Source: Dicyema japonicum
Lineage: Eukaryota > Animalia > Dicyemida
DNA length: 64,000 bases
Reading direction: 5' to 3'
Assembly (NCBI GenBank): GCA_011109175.1
Contig: RDEW01000063.1
Coordinates: forward strand, 187,779-251,778
The notes below the pieces were generated by a model, which was not told the DNA's origin, did not search any database, and was given only the letters and a program-made list of their open reading frames with translations. Numbering within the stretch: position 1 is the first letter of the stretch; every line of letters begins with the position of its first letter. This document shows, in pieces, positions 39,601 through 53,109 of this stretch. The position numbers and the translations under genes are program-made.

Positions 39601-41018
39601 TGATTATATTACCATTTAGTTAGCATCACTAGTAGTCGTGTATTTTAAAATTAATTAATTCATGTTGACGCAAATTCCTTAATATTGCTGCCATGTCGAT
39701 AGAATATTCTAAATCTACCTGTTAATATTTAGAAACTAATTATCGACTGATTGCGGTTATGGGCGATGTTACAATTATTTATACTTTGCCTAATACAACA
39801 AATTAATACTAATCCTAAGTACACTTCCTTTATCCTCTTATATTTATGATACCATTCCAAGGACTCTGCTTCCCACCACCAGGGACCATCATTCATTTCC
39901 TTATTTGGACTAAAAGGATGGTAGAGTTACCTCTAACTACGCAACTTCTGAGAATTATAGATGAGATACAAATAATGATGAATATACAGAAAAATCATAT
40001 CTATAAAAAGGAAGCTAAAAATCTCAATCTGGAGAGTGACCTACATTTCAAAGAAATCCGGCATCCAATAACAAAGTAAAATCTGAAGAAGGCGTTTTCA
40101 GAAGTGGCTCAATGGGACTCGGTGAATCAGAGGAGTCTAAGGTTGGCCTGGGCAAGAGAAATTTTTCTTACAGTTAAAAGAATTTTTTATGTGACATTAA
40201 AACCACAAATTGATTTTTCTACATTAGGTTAACTTCTTAGTAATTATTACTCAAAAGCACACAAATGCTGTACAGTGAAGCCAAACTGATTCATTTATAT
40301 TCGGGGGATAGAGCCCAAGGGGAGGAATCTCGATCAGTCCTGAAGAATGACACCTCGGTCGAGTCCTCGCAATAAATTCGAGAAGACACTTCCAGAAAGA
40401 ATTGAGATCACTGGTGGGCCACACGAAAAGAGTCAGGGAGTTATGGAATCTGGGATAATAATCTACTGTCTTTACCGCCTTCTTAACAAGGTTAAAATCA
40501 AAAATATTTGTAATACTTCAAAGTAAAATCTACCAATTGATGTATTCAAAACCACTAAACAAAAATATACTCACATAATCAATCATCTGAGTTTGGGTTC
40601 CCCTGACCTGCTTGATGATATTACCAATCTAACATTTTCTGACCAGGACCACCAAAAGTCTATAGGACTTGTTAGAGCGGCCAACACTCCCAGTCGGACA
40701 TCAATATCAACCAGCCTCCTACATGGTCAAAGCGATTAACAAATCATATAACAGCACACTCGCACTTTAAAGTCACAAACTATTGTCTCTAAGTCTTGTT
40801 CAATTGGGAGGTCAGTTGAAACACGTCTGGTCTCTCTTGGAGGTCAGTCTCTCTCAGTCGAATTAGGTTTGTCAAACTGACGTCTCACGCCCGGCGATCG
40901 ATTGCCTAAAGTGCACCCAATAACGCAATTGCGGACATTAACCACTACCTACAGAGGGAATATACCCCTTAGTCCTAAACAGTCAGGTAATAAAGGAGAG
41001 TCTGTGGTAAAGGATATA

Positions 41019-41564
41019 TTAACTACTATCAACAGCATATATTTTGGTAAACTCTCTCGCTAAGAATAACATCATTGGTAACCCTGTTCCTTAGCTTCTT
41101 CTGGGTTGGCCAGCCAGTGATCGGCGATTGTTGTATCAAGGGGATCGTCGGGGTTGGGACTACTTAGAAGAGACTGAATAGCAATAAGGACCGCCCAAAT
41201 CTGCATAGCAGGGGACCACCGTTCTATAATAAATGGGCACAATACCTTTTATGATGTCCAGACAGATTCTGCCGAGTTTGTCAATGTTGGGGTGATATAT
41301 TCGAGTTAGGAATCGTACTTTGGGAGGGATCATCGGATACTCGGATGGAAGGAACAATTCTAGCTTGAATTTACCTCTCTCGTAGGGGCTCTATGGTTAT
41401 ATTTGGCACAAACGTCGACTGGTCCGTCAATAGTGACGTGAAAGTAACGGTCGTTACGGGGGTCAAGGGATATTTCAATCCCTTCCTCTTTCTGTTCCAA
41501 TAATATTTTTGTTTCCTTAATATTAGCACATATTTACTTTCAATATTCGTTTTTGGGATATCAT
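41019..41564 (-). CDS. UBE2N: Ubiquitin-conjugating enzyme E2 N (Ubc13), 5 exons, intact
   Basis: Removing introns 41516-41537, 41391-41413, 41224-41245 and 41060-41082 (22, 23, 22, 23 nt, GT-AG) gives [12 protein letters not shown]...[26 protein letters not shown]...PNPDDPL...[13 protein letters not shown]. Confidence 0.95.
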
Positions 41565-42688
41565 TACACCAAATGATGATATTAAATATTATTTATTAAT
41601 ATTATTTTTTAATTTTATTGTCATTTTTATATTCAATATTTCATTTTTCAGGGTTAGATAATAAGTTGATATTTTATTAGATTTTTTATTTGCCACCAGT
41701 GGCGGAGCGTTGGATTTGGAGATCACCGAACCGGACCAACGCCTCTGTAGACCCTTATGAAACTATGCGGGAATGAGGCCCCGTAAAATTCAGTCAGCCG
41801 TAACACTGGAAAATGAGGTCATGCTTTGACACGAAGGAGGACCGCTGGGAAAATATAAGGTTTCCTGGCTGTGGGTCAGTCACGCCTCAACAGTGTGCAT
41901 GATCGACTCACCGTTAGTTTACTTTACGGTGTCGGCCGCAAAAAGCACATTCTTGATATTTACCTCGGATAGGAAGTCCAAATGTGAAACTACGATGTAC
42001 ATTGAAGACACCTCTATTCTAGAAGATTCTCTAGGTTATTTACGACTCCTTAATGACCTTGTCTCATCACACTGAAGAAGTCTTGACCAATTGACTGCGG
42101 AAGCCTGATGGCGATTATAAAAAAGCGACCTTTCCTCTTGTGGAGTGCATATCCAGAGTGCACATCCAGGTCATCATTCCAACAATTGAATATGCCCCTT
42201 CCGCATGGAGATTTGCGATATCCTCATCCAAACTCAATAAACTATATTCAATTAGGTGGAGACCTACATTGTTGGGTATTCGCGAACCGTTGGGACATTA
42301 GAAGACTAACCAAGGAGTATCAGGGAATTAATGGAGGCTGGGATCACTTAATTAGTGTCTTTAACATCTTTCTTGGTGATCTTGGGGTTCTCAAATAAAT
42401 ACATTTTTTCCATTTAGTGGAGTCATCAGATCTTACTCAGGAGATTCCAATGCATGGAAGGCATTCAAAAGGATCCATCTCTACATTTAACCGGGATACA
42501 ATTTCACTCTCTAGCGACAAGCTCTGGTTTCAATCGCAGCTTCAGGACAATGTCCTAGATTACTGTGCTGGGATGAGAGTTCTACTAGAATGCGTCAGAA
42601 TTATAGGATTAGTTAGTTTGGTTTTACCCTTGGTATGGAATAACTCATTATATAGAAAAGGAGACGCACAAACACAGATGTTCTATTG

Positions 42689-43480
42689 CAGAAGTCGGCA
42701 ACCGTGGCTCTCACATTTTTATGTGGCTCTTTTAATTATCGCAAATGATTACTTTAATTTCCAATAAAAAAAATTTTTAAAGTGTTCTTCCAAAATGTTT
42801 TTTATGTATATTTTTTATTAATTATTACATATTTTATAATCTTAATAAATAAATAAATAATCTTAATCATAAATTCTTTTTGTGGCCCATCAATTATGTC
42901 TAGAAATAAGAAAATAAGTAAAATTGGATAGAAAACGTGTTTTCAATCTTAATGGACTGAGATTTTTGCCATCATTTCAAGTTCACCACCTTCCAAAATG
43001 TCTCCTAACTCATTTATACATATTTCGTCAGTCATTAGATTGCAAAAATGGGGAAACTATTCACAGATGGTGAATACATCAAATCCTGTTTTCTAAAGTG
43101 GTCACAGCAAATATTCCAAAATTTTATGAATAAACCAGAGATTTTAAATGAAATTAAAAATACAGCGTTGTCCGCAAACAATTGCGAATAGAACTAATAA
43201 GATGTCTTGTGACGATGCAACAAGTTGATGACCTTAAAATAGCTTATGCAATTTCGATCGGAGTCGATGAGTCATGTGACATTAAGGATAGGACTCAGGT
43301 TTTTACGAACAGTTACAACATGTTACGACCCAGACAAAACACTATCAGTGAAGGAAATGCAGTTAATTATTTCATTAATTAAATATAATTTTGTTATGTT
43401 TTATTATTGCAAAAAGTGGCTCTTCAAATTTTTTAATTTCCAAAAAATCAAAAATTGGCTTAGAAGGTCGCCGACCCTTG
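42689..43480 (+). mobile_element. Internally deleted hAT (GTF2IRD2/Charlie-like) with both TIRs
   Basis: cagaagtcggcaacc ... ggtcgccgacccttg; TSD ttctattg/tcctaatg (6/8); FTDGEYIKSCFL and GVDESCDIKD motifs. Confidence 0.8.
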
Positions 43481-43829
43481 TCCTAATGTATGCTTTGGAG
43501 AAATTTGGCAAGATTGTACGTGTTTGGCCATGAAAGCCATTTGGGTTTCATGGTGCAATATGATTCCATTTCCCTGTTTCCAAGGTTGTTGAGTTTGGCA
43601 GATAAGACTGACCCAATTTTGATGTTCTTAACTAAGTCGTCCTCAGTTTGTTGAGTGGGACGATTGGCACCATCTTCCATGATGTTTTGACTTTCGCCTA
43701 GGAGTTTGGATACACTGTTATTTGCAACATATAATATGCAGCTTCTGATACTCTAAGTCTATTTTGATGGACGAGATTTGATTAACCAGTTTTAATGACC
43801 ATAAACACCACATTGGGAATTAAATTGAC

Positions 43830-43995
43830 GCACTTTTTAAAATCAAACCATTGGCAGTCGAAACGACAGGAATAATTGGAAGTAGGTCACTGACCCTGCT
43901 AAATAGGATTGGCTCACTCATCGCGAAGAAGAAAAGCGATAGGAGAGAAAGGAGCTGGCTCATTGAACGCATTTCCTTGCAAATCGTAAGGGGAC
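43830..43995 (+). mobile_element. CRE RLE C-terminal fragment
   Basis: AVETTGIIGSRS..ERISLQIVRG; related to 13270-13420. Confidence 0.8.
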
Positions 43996-44464
43996 TTGCC
44001 TCTAAATATGCAATTGCCGACAGGGAAAGCATGGATATTAAGTCCCTCAAGGACACTCAGAGGAAATATTTATTAAATAAAATTTATTGCAGAACACTAC
44101 ACTCTATTTTGTTCAAATGTATTGATGAAACAAATGTTTACGATGAAGAGTACGCCTCTGCTACCTTCCAACTTGTGGAACTGGCATGCCGTGAGGAAAA
44201 CCCACTGGACTCTAACGGAGATATTTTGACTGAATCTGATGTGGAGATAGGGAGTAACAGGGAGTTTATGGCACACTCCCTTTCTAAGAGAAGATATCAA
44301 CAATCTGGATCAAAATTCGCTTAATTAGTTAATTTATTCGTTATAAACAAATAATAAATATTTTTTGACCTTATTAGGTCATGACAGCTAAAAATCTAAC
44401 TCATTTATATATTTTATCCCTTCTGTCGAGGACTAGTAATGATTACGAGGACTGGTTCCCCAGT

Positions 44465-44580
44465 AAACAATTACTGATGGCGGTGTTACTCATCAATCCA
44501 AGAAGCATCGTAGATGTGTGGATCCTTCAACAGGAATGGGACCATCTGAATTTAGTCCGGTACTAACCTATCACTGTTTA
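44465..44580 (-). repeat. Degenerate tRNA-headed SINE
   Basis: ctgatggcggtgttactcatcaa..gcatcgtagatg core. Confidence 0.55.
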
Positions 44581-45185
44581 TTGCAACACATAGTATTTTG
44601 GGTTGTGTGCTGCAAAGTCCTACGTGTAACCTTGCATCACGGCGATTTGAAGCATATTAAACGACAACTTAAAGACAAATCTGGACGAAACCATCGCATG
44701 AAATAAGGGGAGTTAAAAGAGGTTAGTATATCTAATTGTTTCGGGGACATCTGTATTGTAGTCTCAACACAAGAGCAGTGAAATCCGTGGCTTCAGAGTC
44801 ATTCAACAATTCCATAAGAATTCTGATTGACTTGAAAAAGACCGTTATTATTTTTGGATCATTTACGGCTTTTTTGGGCTCTGGGTGAGTAATCCTCATT
44901 ATGAAATCCATTGGCGGAATAATAGTTTGACTTCAACTCCCCCATCTTAAGCAAAATAGGCAGACAAACCCATTGTTGATAACATCTGATGGATACCCAA
45001 TATCAGTAAATATATTTCCTAGAGATTTGCTTTTCAAAGTTTCACTTTATATAGGTTATGGGATTTATAGCATAATTGCCTATTTATTGCTAAATCAAGG
45101 GGGTTTGAATTGTTAAATTCAATTGAGCAGGTACTATAGTGGCTAGTGGTGTCCCTCAAGTCTACATTAATTATTTTTAGGCGTT

Positions 45186-45620
45186 ATGTGGTTCACCAAC
45201 TATGAAGTTTTTGTAATTTCCAGAGGGCACCTCGTTTCAGAAATTATTGGGACGTCATTTACAACTTCAAAAGGAAAAATTTTTATAATTAATATATACG
45301 TCCCCCACCTGGTTCATGTCCTAATAACTATGTTATTTCTGACCTATCTCCACTGTATTTTTGATAACGTTATCATCAGTGGAGATTGATGCAAAACATC
45401 AGGTCAACCATCTGACACAGAAGGAGACTACTACTTTCACTGACGATCATGAACGACCCATCAAAAATACAAGAATCCCTACAGGGTTACCGACTAACCA
45501 ACTTCCACAGATAAATCTCTTTGCTCCCTCTCTTGAGTGCAATAACAACATGGTGGGTCATTTGTGACTCAAACAGTGACCATAATCCGATTTTAAGTTC
45601 AAAGGAGATCTCTTTGGGCT
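45186..45620 (+). mobile_element. APE endonuclease relic
   Basis: IINIYVP, IISGD.NAKH, SDHNPI. Confidence 0.6.
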
Positions 45621-45999
45621 ACAAATGTTCCAGTCTCTATAGGATAACTACTGAGAACCTGCAGAGGAACTTGTATCCAGGTAGACTGTCCTGGCAGCAA
45701 GGGAGATTTCAGTACCGACATGTTGTACTAATCTTTTTTCGTCTAATGAAAGCAGTCTCCTTAAAAAAATTAACCAGCCAACGAAAGAAATAAAACTCAA
45801 AATTTGAATTCTGAATCAAGCCCCCCGTCAATAATTTATCGCCCCCATAATAACTATGCAGTAATACTACAAGTAATTAGTATTTTTATTAAAAAAGCAG
45901 TATTGGAGATAATTTCTCCAACTTTATAGGAATAAAAAAGTCCTGAAAACTTAGATGTATTTATTAATGAAGGTACTTTTATCGTTTTAATTAATTTAT

Positions 46000-46300
46000 T
46001 AACCCCGGATACACCGAGAAAGAAGCTAAAGTAAACAACTAATTAAGTGTATCCAGTTTCCACTTCTAGAGTCCATCCAGAATCAACATAAAGGGTAAAA
46101 GACGTCCATACTTGCAGTAGTGGAAACCCCTCCAGTAGAGTGGGGGAGAGCAAATGATCCTTTTTCGTGCCGGCCTGACTCTGGGCGCCACCTAGACAGG
46201 TGGATCACATGACGCCACTCTAATAAGAAAAGAGAGGAAGAACAGAAGAACAAACAGAAACTTCAATCAATCAGCCACAAAGCACCACATGGCGCCATGC
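46000..46300 (-). repeat. Non-tRNA SINE-like repeat, copy A
   Basis: Homologous to 51565-51886 over its length; 3' end gtgtatccggggttaataaa. Confidence 0.85.
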
Positions 46301-46750
46301 GGCTCACAAACAGAGTCGTACGCCAAATAGTTATCGCTTTTTTTACAGTTTTGGTTTAAACTAACGAATTCAATATCTTTTCCTAGTGAATGGGGATGCT
46401 TGCGTTTTGGGTGTTCTAACAGCGAAATTGATTCATCATTTCGTTAGAAAAATCCACACCATATTGCAAACAAAAGGGTTAAGTGTATCCTCTGGATTTT
46501 GAATAAAACCATTAGCTAAATAGTTACCTTTATATTCTCTTAGTTTTTAACAGATCACATCAAAGAGTTGCACGATTTTTATTTAAATTATTTAAAATTA
46601 ATTTATTTGTAAATAATTAAAAAATCCGTAATTAAAAAATTGCCCTGGTGTAGATGGCATATTCAATAAAACAGACATTAATATCATCTCCTCTGTCACC
46701 AATCCTTTTTAATTTGTTTTTGAGTGATTTCCCCGTACCTATGAATAATA

Positions 46751-47490
46751 ATGACATGCTACTTTCTTTATGCCGATGACATAGTTGTCGCATCTAGGGA
46801 CGTAAATGTCGAACATGCTAAAGAAAGACTACAAGGAATACTAAATAACATATTTGGATGGTTGTGCGAAAATCGATTAAATGCATGTTCCGAAAAGTCA
46901 GTAGTCACTCTATTTACTAAGAATAGAAAGATGGGAACGCTAACAATTGATGTCACGTTAAATGGAATACCTATACCACAAAAGAAATCGCAGAAGATAC
47001 TGGGACTAACTTTTGATACTTTCCTCTGCTTCTCAGCCCATGTGGAATCTATCATATCAACCTGTGCAAAGAAGATCAATTTTGTAAAGGCCTTCCTTTG
47101 GAACTGTGGAAGAATTTATCTGCCAGGTATCGGGACCCTCTACAAGCACTACAAGCCAACAATAGGATATGCATGTGCTGCATGGGGATCTAACCTGTCG
47201 GCAACGAACCTAACAAAAATTCAAGAGATTTAGTCAAGAGCAAAAAAATTACTAGAAAAATATACAGATAAAGAAATTGCCCCCAGAGCACTCGAGTCTA
47301 TCATAGAAGCAACTGGAGGCAATTTCAGAAGAGGAAAGGAAAAAGACCCCCGTCCGTATAGAAAATGCGTGGGATCACGGTCGGAGCATCGAGAAAAAAT
47401 GGTCCGATTATTGAGAGATGCCGGGATCACCTGAATATTAGTTATTGGTTAAGACGGTGTTTCTTTGGCTTAAATAATAATAATAATCTT
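46751..47490 (+). mobile_element. 5'-truncated I/Ingi-group LINE
   Basis: YADDI, KILGLTFD, YACAAWG; ends ...RDAGIT*, terminal stem, (TAA)n. Confidence 0.85.
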
Positions 47491-49899
47491 ATCCGCATAG
47501 CTGACAGATCTAATGTTTTCAATTTGGTCTGACGAGAGTTGACTCATACGTGCATTCGATACCTCTTTTATTATGTATTTCTGGTTTAAAACGTCTCCCG
47601 AGTACATCACTTCGTTTATGGTCACAAAAGGGAGACAAGGGTTTTCATTAATCATGAAGCTGAGTAGACGTGCATAGAAGTATGCCTCCGCCTCAATAAT
47701 CCGACCAATCAACCATCTGGCCATTGCTTCCTATTATTGAACTGTGGAGTAAAATATTTGTTTCCATTAATTTTTGTGTGATTTTGCCAAACATTGTAAC
47801 TCAGGTCAAATACGTCTGTCTGGAAAGCAAAATTCTGTGTTTCTGATGTCATTGACATTCCCCCAATTGCCTTCAGAAGGGGGAAAGGAAATAGTTCTTT
47901 ATGGTAGAAACATCACTCAATTCATTATAGACCACTGTGTAATCTGTAAACGAGTAGATGTGAAGAGAACTCGACATTTTACCCCAAAATATTATCAAAT
48001 TTTGCTTTGTGGCAATTTTGACTGTCGACCATTGGTTTCTGCAGATATTTGTGGTCGATCAACATAACCTGTCCTTCAATGACTTAACAACTAAAAGGTG
48101 AACAATTTCCTTCGACTCTATAACGATCAAACCAACGGAGTAGGAAAGTCCAGTAAGTAGGACATTGACCCACATTGACAAATGTTTTTAAAAATAGTTC
48201 TCAGGTATATAAAATAATAGGAAAGAATCCATAAACTGATTTGAGAAATCCCGATATCATTTAAGTAGTTGGGTTTAACGACTTTTTGAGATCTCAGAAG
48301 AATTTCTACACACAAAGGTATCCATTGGTTCTCTTTGATGAGGATTCTTCACTCCTCTAAATTTTCCTTTGGCCTGGATGTCACTACCTATGTAAGATCT
48401 GAATTTGTATCTATTTGCTTCTCCCCCATCTCCGAATATCCAATGGAGTCTAGCTGATATTATTTGTCTTAAATCTTTTGGAAAGTTACTGGACTCTGAA
48501 CCAACCCTCTCTTGAAAGTATGGCTTAGCACAAAGTCACCCAAAGTGAATTATTGAGCACTTCAAGTAAGACTCACACTAATGCGCCTCAATAGGTTCGA
48601 TGAGTGGATTGAGAGCTATAGACTACTACTTGGTGGACTCTCGACAGGCCCAGACATTATGCTTTAAACAAAGTCAAGACGGGATTTAGAATTGAATTTA
48701 CTCCTTTCTGTATTCTAACTCGTCAGGACATGTGAACTGATAGAGAACGACACGATTGGTCGAAAATTCATAGTCGGAGATATCAACAGTACGAACACTT
48801 TCGTTTCTAACAACTTTCAGAATGCTACCAATGAACTTTTAGTTGCTAAGAAAACTGACCTAAAAATATAAACTCCGTCCAGAGAACTTCCGGATTGCTG
48901 GTGACTTTGACCGCATTGCCTTCACAGTCCATAAAAGGAATAGTCCTGAAGTCAAATTAGTAGGGAAATATTTATAGAAAACATTGGGGTTGCATACAAC
49001 GCACAAGAAAATGCAGGCAATCGTGTAAATCGATATCCGCGGCCTCAACATAAAAAATATACTTTGATTACCTTTTCGCCTTTTTAAATTCCTAGAGGCT
49101 TTATTGGATCCATCTAACTACTACAATGTCTGAATCTTAAAATGATCCTTTTTTTCTCTACTCCTGTGGAGGGTTCTCATAATAAGGATAGCTGGGAAGA
49201 TAAATCCTACTCGTACCGAGAAAACCAATGTCCGGACTTATTAAAGGGAACTGTTGGCTAATAGGATAATAACAAGCAGAGGTGTAGGCTGGCAAAGAAA
49301 TAGATCTGTTGATACGGGAAAGTTGCAGGCTGGCAGAGACAGGAGTAAAGATAATTATCTAAGCGGTTAAGCAAGCAGGTGGAACACAATAACTAGTCCT
49401 GTCCAATTTTAATCTTGTAGACAAGACATGAGGACGCTTACAGCGAGATGTTCAGATAGACTCGAACTTATGAAGTAGGATGCTTTCGAATCCATCAATG
49501 TTTGGAAATGCGCTACCAATAGGTTTCTTACAATCAAGGCTTTTTATGGCATCTGGGGCAATCCAGTCACGGAATTATATGTTTCTGTTAATCCTTGTTC
49601 CTGCACAAACCAACATAGCAATAAAAGGCGCAACTTGGTTATTTTTACAAGTCTATTTCGATATTAAATTAATCAGTAAAAAATAAAAATAAACATTTAT
49701 AATTAAATAAAATTAATTAAAAAAGCATGTAATTTTACTTTGCTAAATTTAAATTCACTTTTCTCTTGGAGTGTGCTGGTATCACATGATTAGTTAGTTT
49801 AGTGTTACCGTAGTCTTTGCAATTTTTTCATTAGAGTTTATTTGGCTGAGATGATGGCGTCCTTTTACATGCACTTATATCTGATTCAGGTTTGAATTG

Positions 49900-51000
49900 T
49901 TCTAATGTACTAGCTATCCTTACTTTCAATGCCAGAGGACTCAACCACCAGCCGAAGAGGCAGCTACTTTGTCAGGGCTTGATTAAGTAAGGAAGATCGA
50001 TATGCTGCCTTCAAGAGACGAAAAAGGCCTCGCTGGATGGCATGGAGAGATTACAGACTAATTTTACTTCTTGCTGACCGTAGAACTATGGACAAGGGTT
50101 CGCGGTGCACAATGACTTGTCTAATGAACTATAAAGAATCAGTGGCAGAATAACTACTCATCGGACATAAATGTACATTGTCAACGTATAATAGTCTGTT
50201 TTGAAGGATCCTGAAGAGCTGAATGTATTCTGCGAGGATCTCTGACGGAATATAATTGTCCATTACCCCACACGTTCATTGCGGGTGACTGGAACTCCAA
50301 GTAGGAGTGCGAAGGAGATGGGAACGTTTCATTGGAGCATATCGAGGGGACGTAAAGAATTTCCAAGATCTTATGGTGGACTTAGAATGGATAGTGACAG
50401 CTAAATTGTCTACGCTAGACTCGGCTTGATGGACCTCAAGGTGGCGTAAAGGAATGGACGGAATCGGGCGATAACAAGGAAAGGATACAATACGGAAAGC
50501 CTGTACACCTTACCAATGTTACAGGGAGAGTTTCGTGAGTCTACATGGGTCAGGAAAATAACAGAAAAACAATTTCAAAATGTTTCTTCCAATAATGCGA
50601 AGGAGGAACCTGCCAAAGGCACTTGTCTCCCTCAATCAACACGGAAGAACAATTGGGAATTCTGCCGAGAAAGCAGAGATTGTAACCTGTCACTTTGATT
50701 TCTGCTCAATGTAAAGAAAATTCGGACTTTATTTCGAGGATGGCTACAAATTTAAACGCAAGATTACATCAGAAGTGGTCTCCAGAGCGATAAATAAGCT
50801 CAAGGACGTATGTTTTCCGAGACCCGATAATATCAGTTCAAAGTTACTCGAACATAGTCCAATGGAGCTCACAACCTACCAGTATTGTTGAATGATAGCT
50901 TGTGTAGAACCATTCTTGATTTATGGCTTCAAAGGATGGTTTGAAAGTGATGAGAAAAGTACTCTTATAAATCGAGGAGATGTGCTATTAAACTGGCATA
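49900..51000 (+). mobile_element. RTE-like APE-RT relic
   Basis: TFNARGLN, LQETK, GDWNSK, P.PDNISSKLL. Confidence 0.55.
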
Positions 51001-51564
51001 TGGACTTGATTTAAAGTCTAAATTACCGCCAAGTAATGAGAGACGTGCAAGATCCATTGAGGAAATATTGCACCACTTGAAAAAATAATTCTTGTCGGAT
51101 GCAACGGGTCAATAATTCAAAGAGGAGACATGTGGTGTCACGTTATACCAGACCCCATCAACCAGGACAAACTCGTTGGCTTCTCCCTTTTTAATTAGTA
51201 ACGAGTTTGTTATGTTAATAAAATTATCCGTTTATCAATTAGTTGTTGTTCTAGGATCCTATAAAATTGGTCGCCATAATTTTTTAGTTTAAAATTCTGA
51301 TGTGCGCTCGCGACATATTGTTATAATCAAAAGCAATAATTAGTTAAATACACTACATGTTACCCACAGCATATGAATGCTTATGATTCAGCTTTTGACC
51401 TGCTCATCACAATCCTTTCTACCAGTTTTATAAATCTAGCTTTCCTCCTCGCACGTCTCCGCAGTTCATCGAGGGAGTCACGGGGTAGAATAGACAGACT
51501 GAGAGTACGATAAAGGCATTATTAGAGAGGTGTCACCACTAAACAAAAAAAACAATAATAAATT

Positions 51565-51886
51565 AACCCCGGATACAGCGAAAAATAAGTTAACAAATTA
51601 TTAAGTGAATCCAGTTTCCATGTTACAGAAACAGAGTCCTTTAACGTCACACAATTCCATCCGGAACCAGCATAAAAGGTGAAAGACGTCCATTCCTTGC
51701 AGTTGTGGAAACCCATCCAGTGGAGTGGGGGAAAGCAAATGATCATTTTTTCGTGCCAGCCTGACACTGGACGCCACCTGAGACAGGTGGATCACATGAC
51801 GGCACTCCAGTAGGAAAGGGAAGAGAACAGACAAAACAAACAAACTTCAACCAATTGGCTACGTAGCACCACACTACGCCACATGG
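51565..51886 (-). repeat. Non-tRNA SINE-like repeat, copy B
   Basis: Homologous to 46000-46300. Confidence 0.85.
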
Positions 51887-53109
51887 AGATTTTTAAAAAT
51901 CAATATCTTTAAAAAATGACCGTTAATTCCCAAAGTTATTTAAATAAATAAAAATACATAAATAAAGAGATACGTCCTGTGAGGCTAAATAAAATCTCTA
52001 AAAAATAATGGTAATGCAGCAAAATCCAGAAGAGCTATCTATCTGGATTCTATGTGTCCTCTGAGGGCGGCAACTACCTGACTTGTATTGTTTAATAAAA
52101 ATTTTCCAATAAAAAAATGTGTCCTCTAATAAAATTCATATCAAACTGTCCCAAAAGTTAGTTTTCATGGATGAAGTCTTACATAATATAAAATGGGCGC
52201 AAATTTAGGTTCATAGTCGAACACGATGTCAGAACCCATTTTCCACCAAATCAACAGTAGTCTCAGGTGTGTAGAGTATTACTAACTGAAAATACAACAA
52301 GCGAAGATGTATTGTCCACGTGTTAAATAAATTAAAGCTTCATAAAGATTCTATTTGGATAATACAGAAGTTCTCACACTTCGATGTTAGATTCCCTATA
52401 TACTCAGTACATTGAACCAACAAATGTCTAGAGTTACGCCGTCTGGAGTACGAATCAACCAAAAATGCACTTAAAATCAGTCCTTATTAATCTGACTCTT
52501 AAAAAGTTCTCATTCTCACTACAAGACACTATACCCTCCGAGACCTTGGTAAAGAGAACTGTTCATCTCACGTGAAGTCTCGACTTAAGTGGGTGTTCAA
52601 TAGTGAGTGAGTCTTTGAAAGAATGGTTCCTGAAAAAGACTAGAATGACCTAATAGTCATTTTTCTTGACTCTAATGGTGATGAATAAGCGTGGACAAGA
52701 ATAAGTGTTTGCTATAATAAAGTGTTAAAGGTGATCCTCTAACTACGTATGAATGAGGAGGTCTATAGGCTAATACTTCATCAGTAGATGTAGGACACGT
52801 GGTTGTCATGAGAATATATTACTAGCATATGTTGTATCACTATCAGCTTACGTCACGTGATCCACCAAGTTCTTTTAATTGAGGGATCTGGATTGTACCT
52901 GGGTACCTATTTCATCCAACATTTTTTGTTAAAACTAGGGTTTCAAGGAAACTTACTATTGTCGATAAATTGATTTTTAATGATGACTGACAAAAAATTA
53001 TTCATATTAACATTACTCATTTGGTCAACCAAAATAATTTTTATTATTAAATATTTCATTAATACAAAGGGGTCACGAATTCTGGGGTTTTTTGTTGACT
53101 AACCAATTT

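Noticed and set aside
46140-46225. HDV-like ribozyme in the non-tRNA repeat head
   Set aside because: P1/P2/P3-like pairings exist, but P1.1 and the catalytic J4/2 C do not fit and copy B breaks P1; kept only as an unexplained structure
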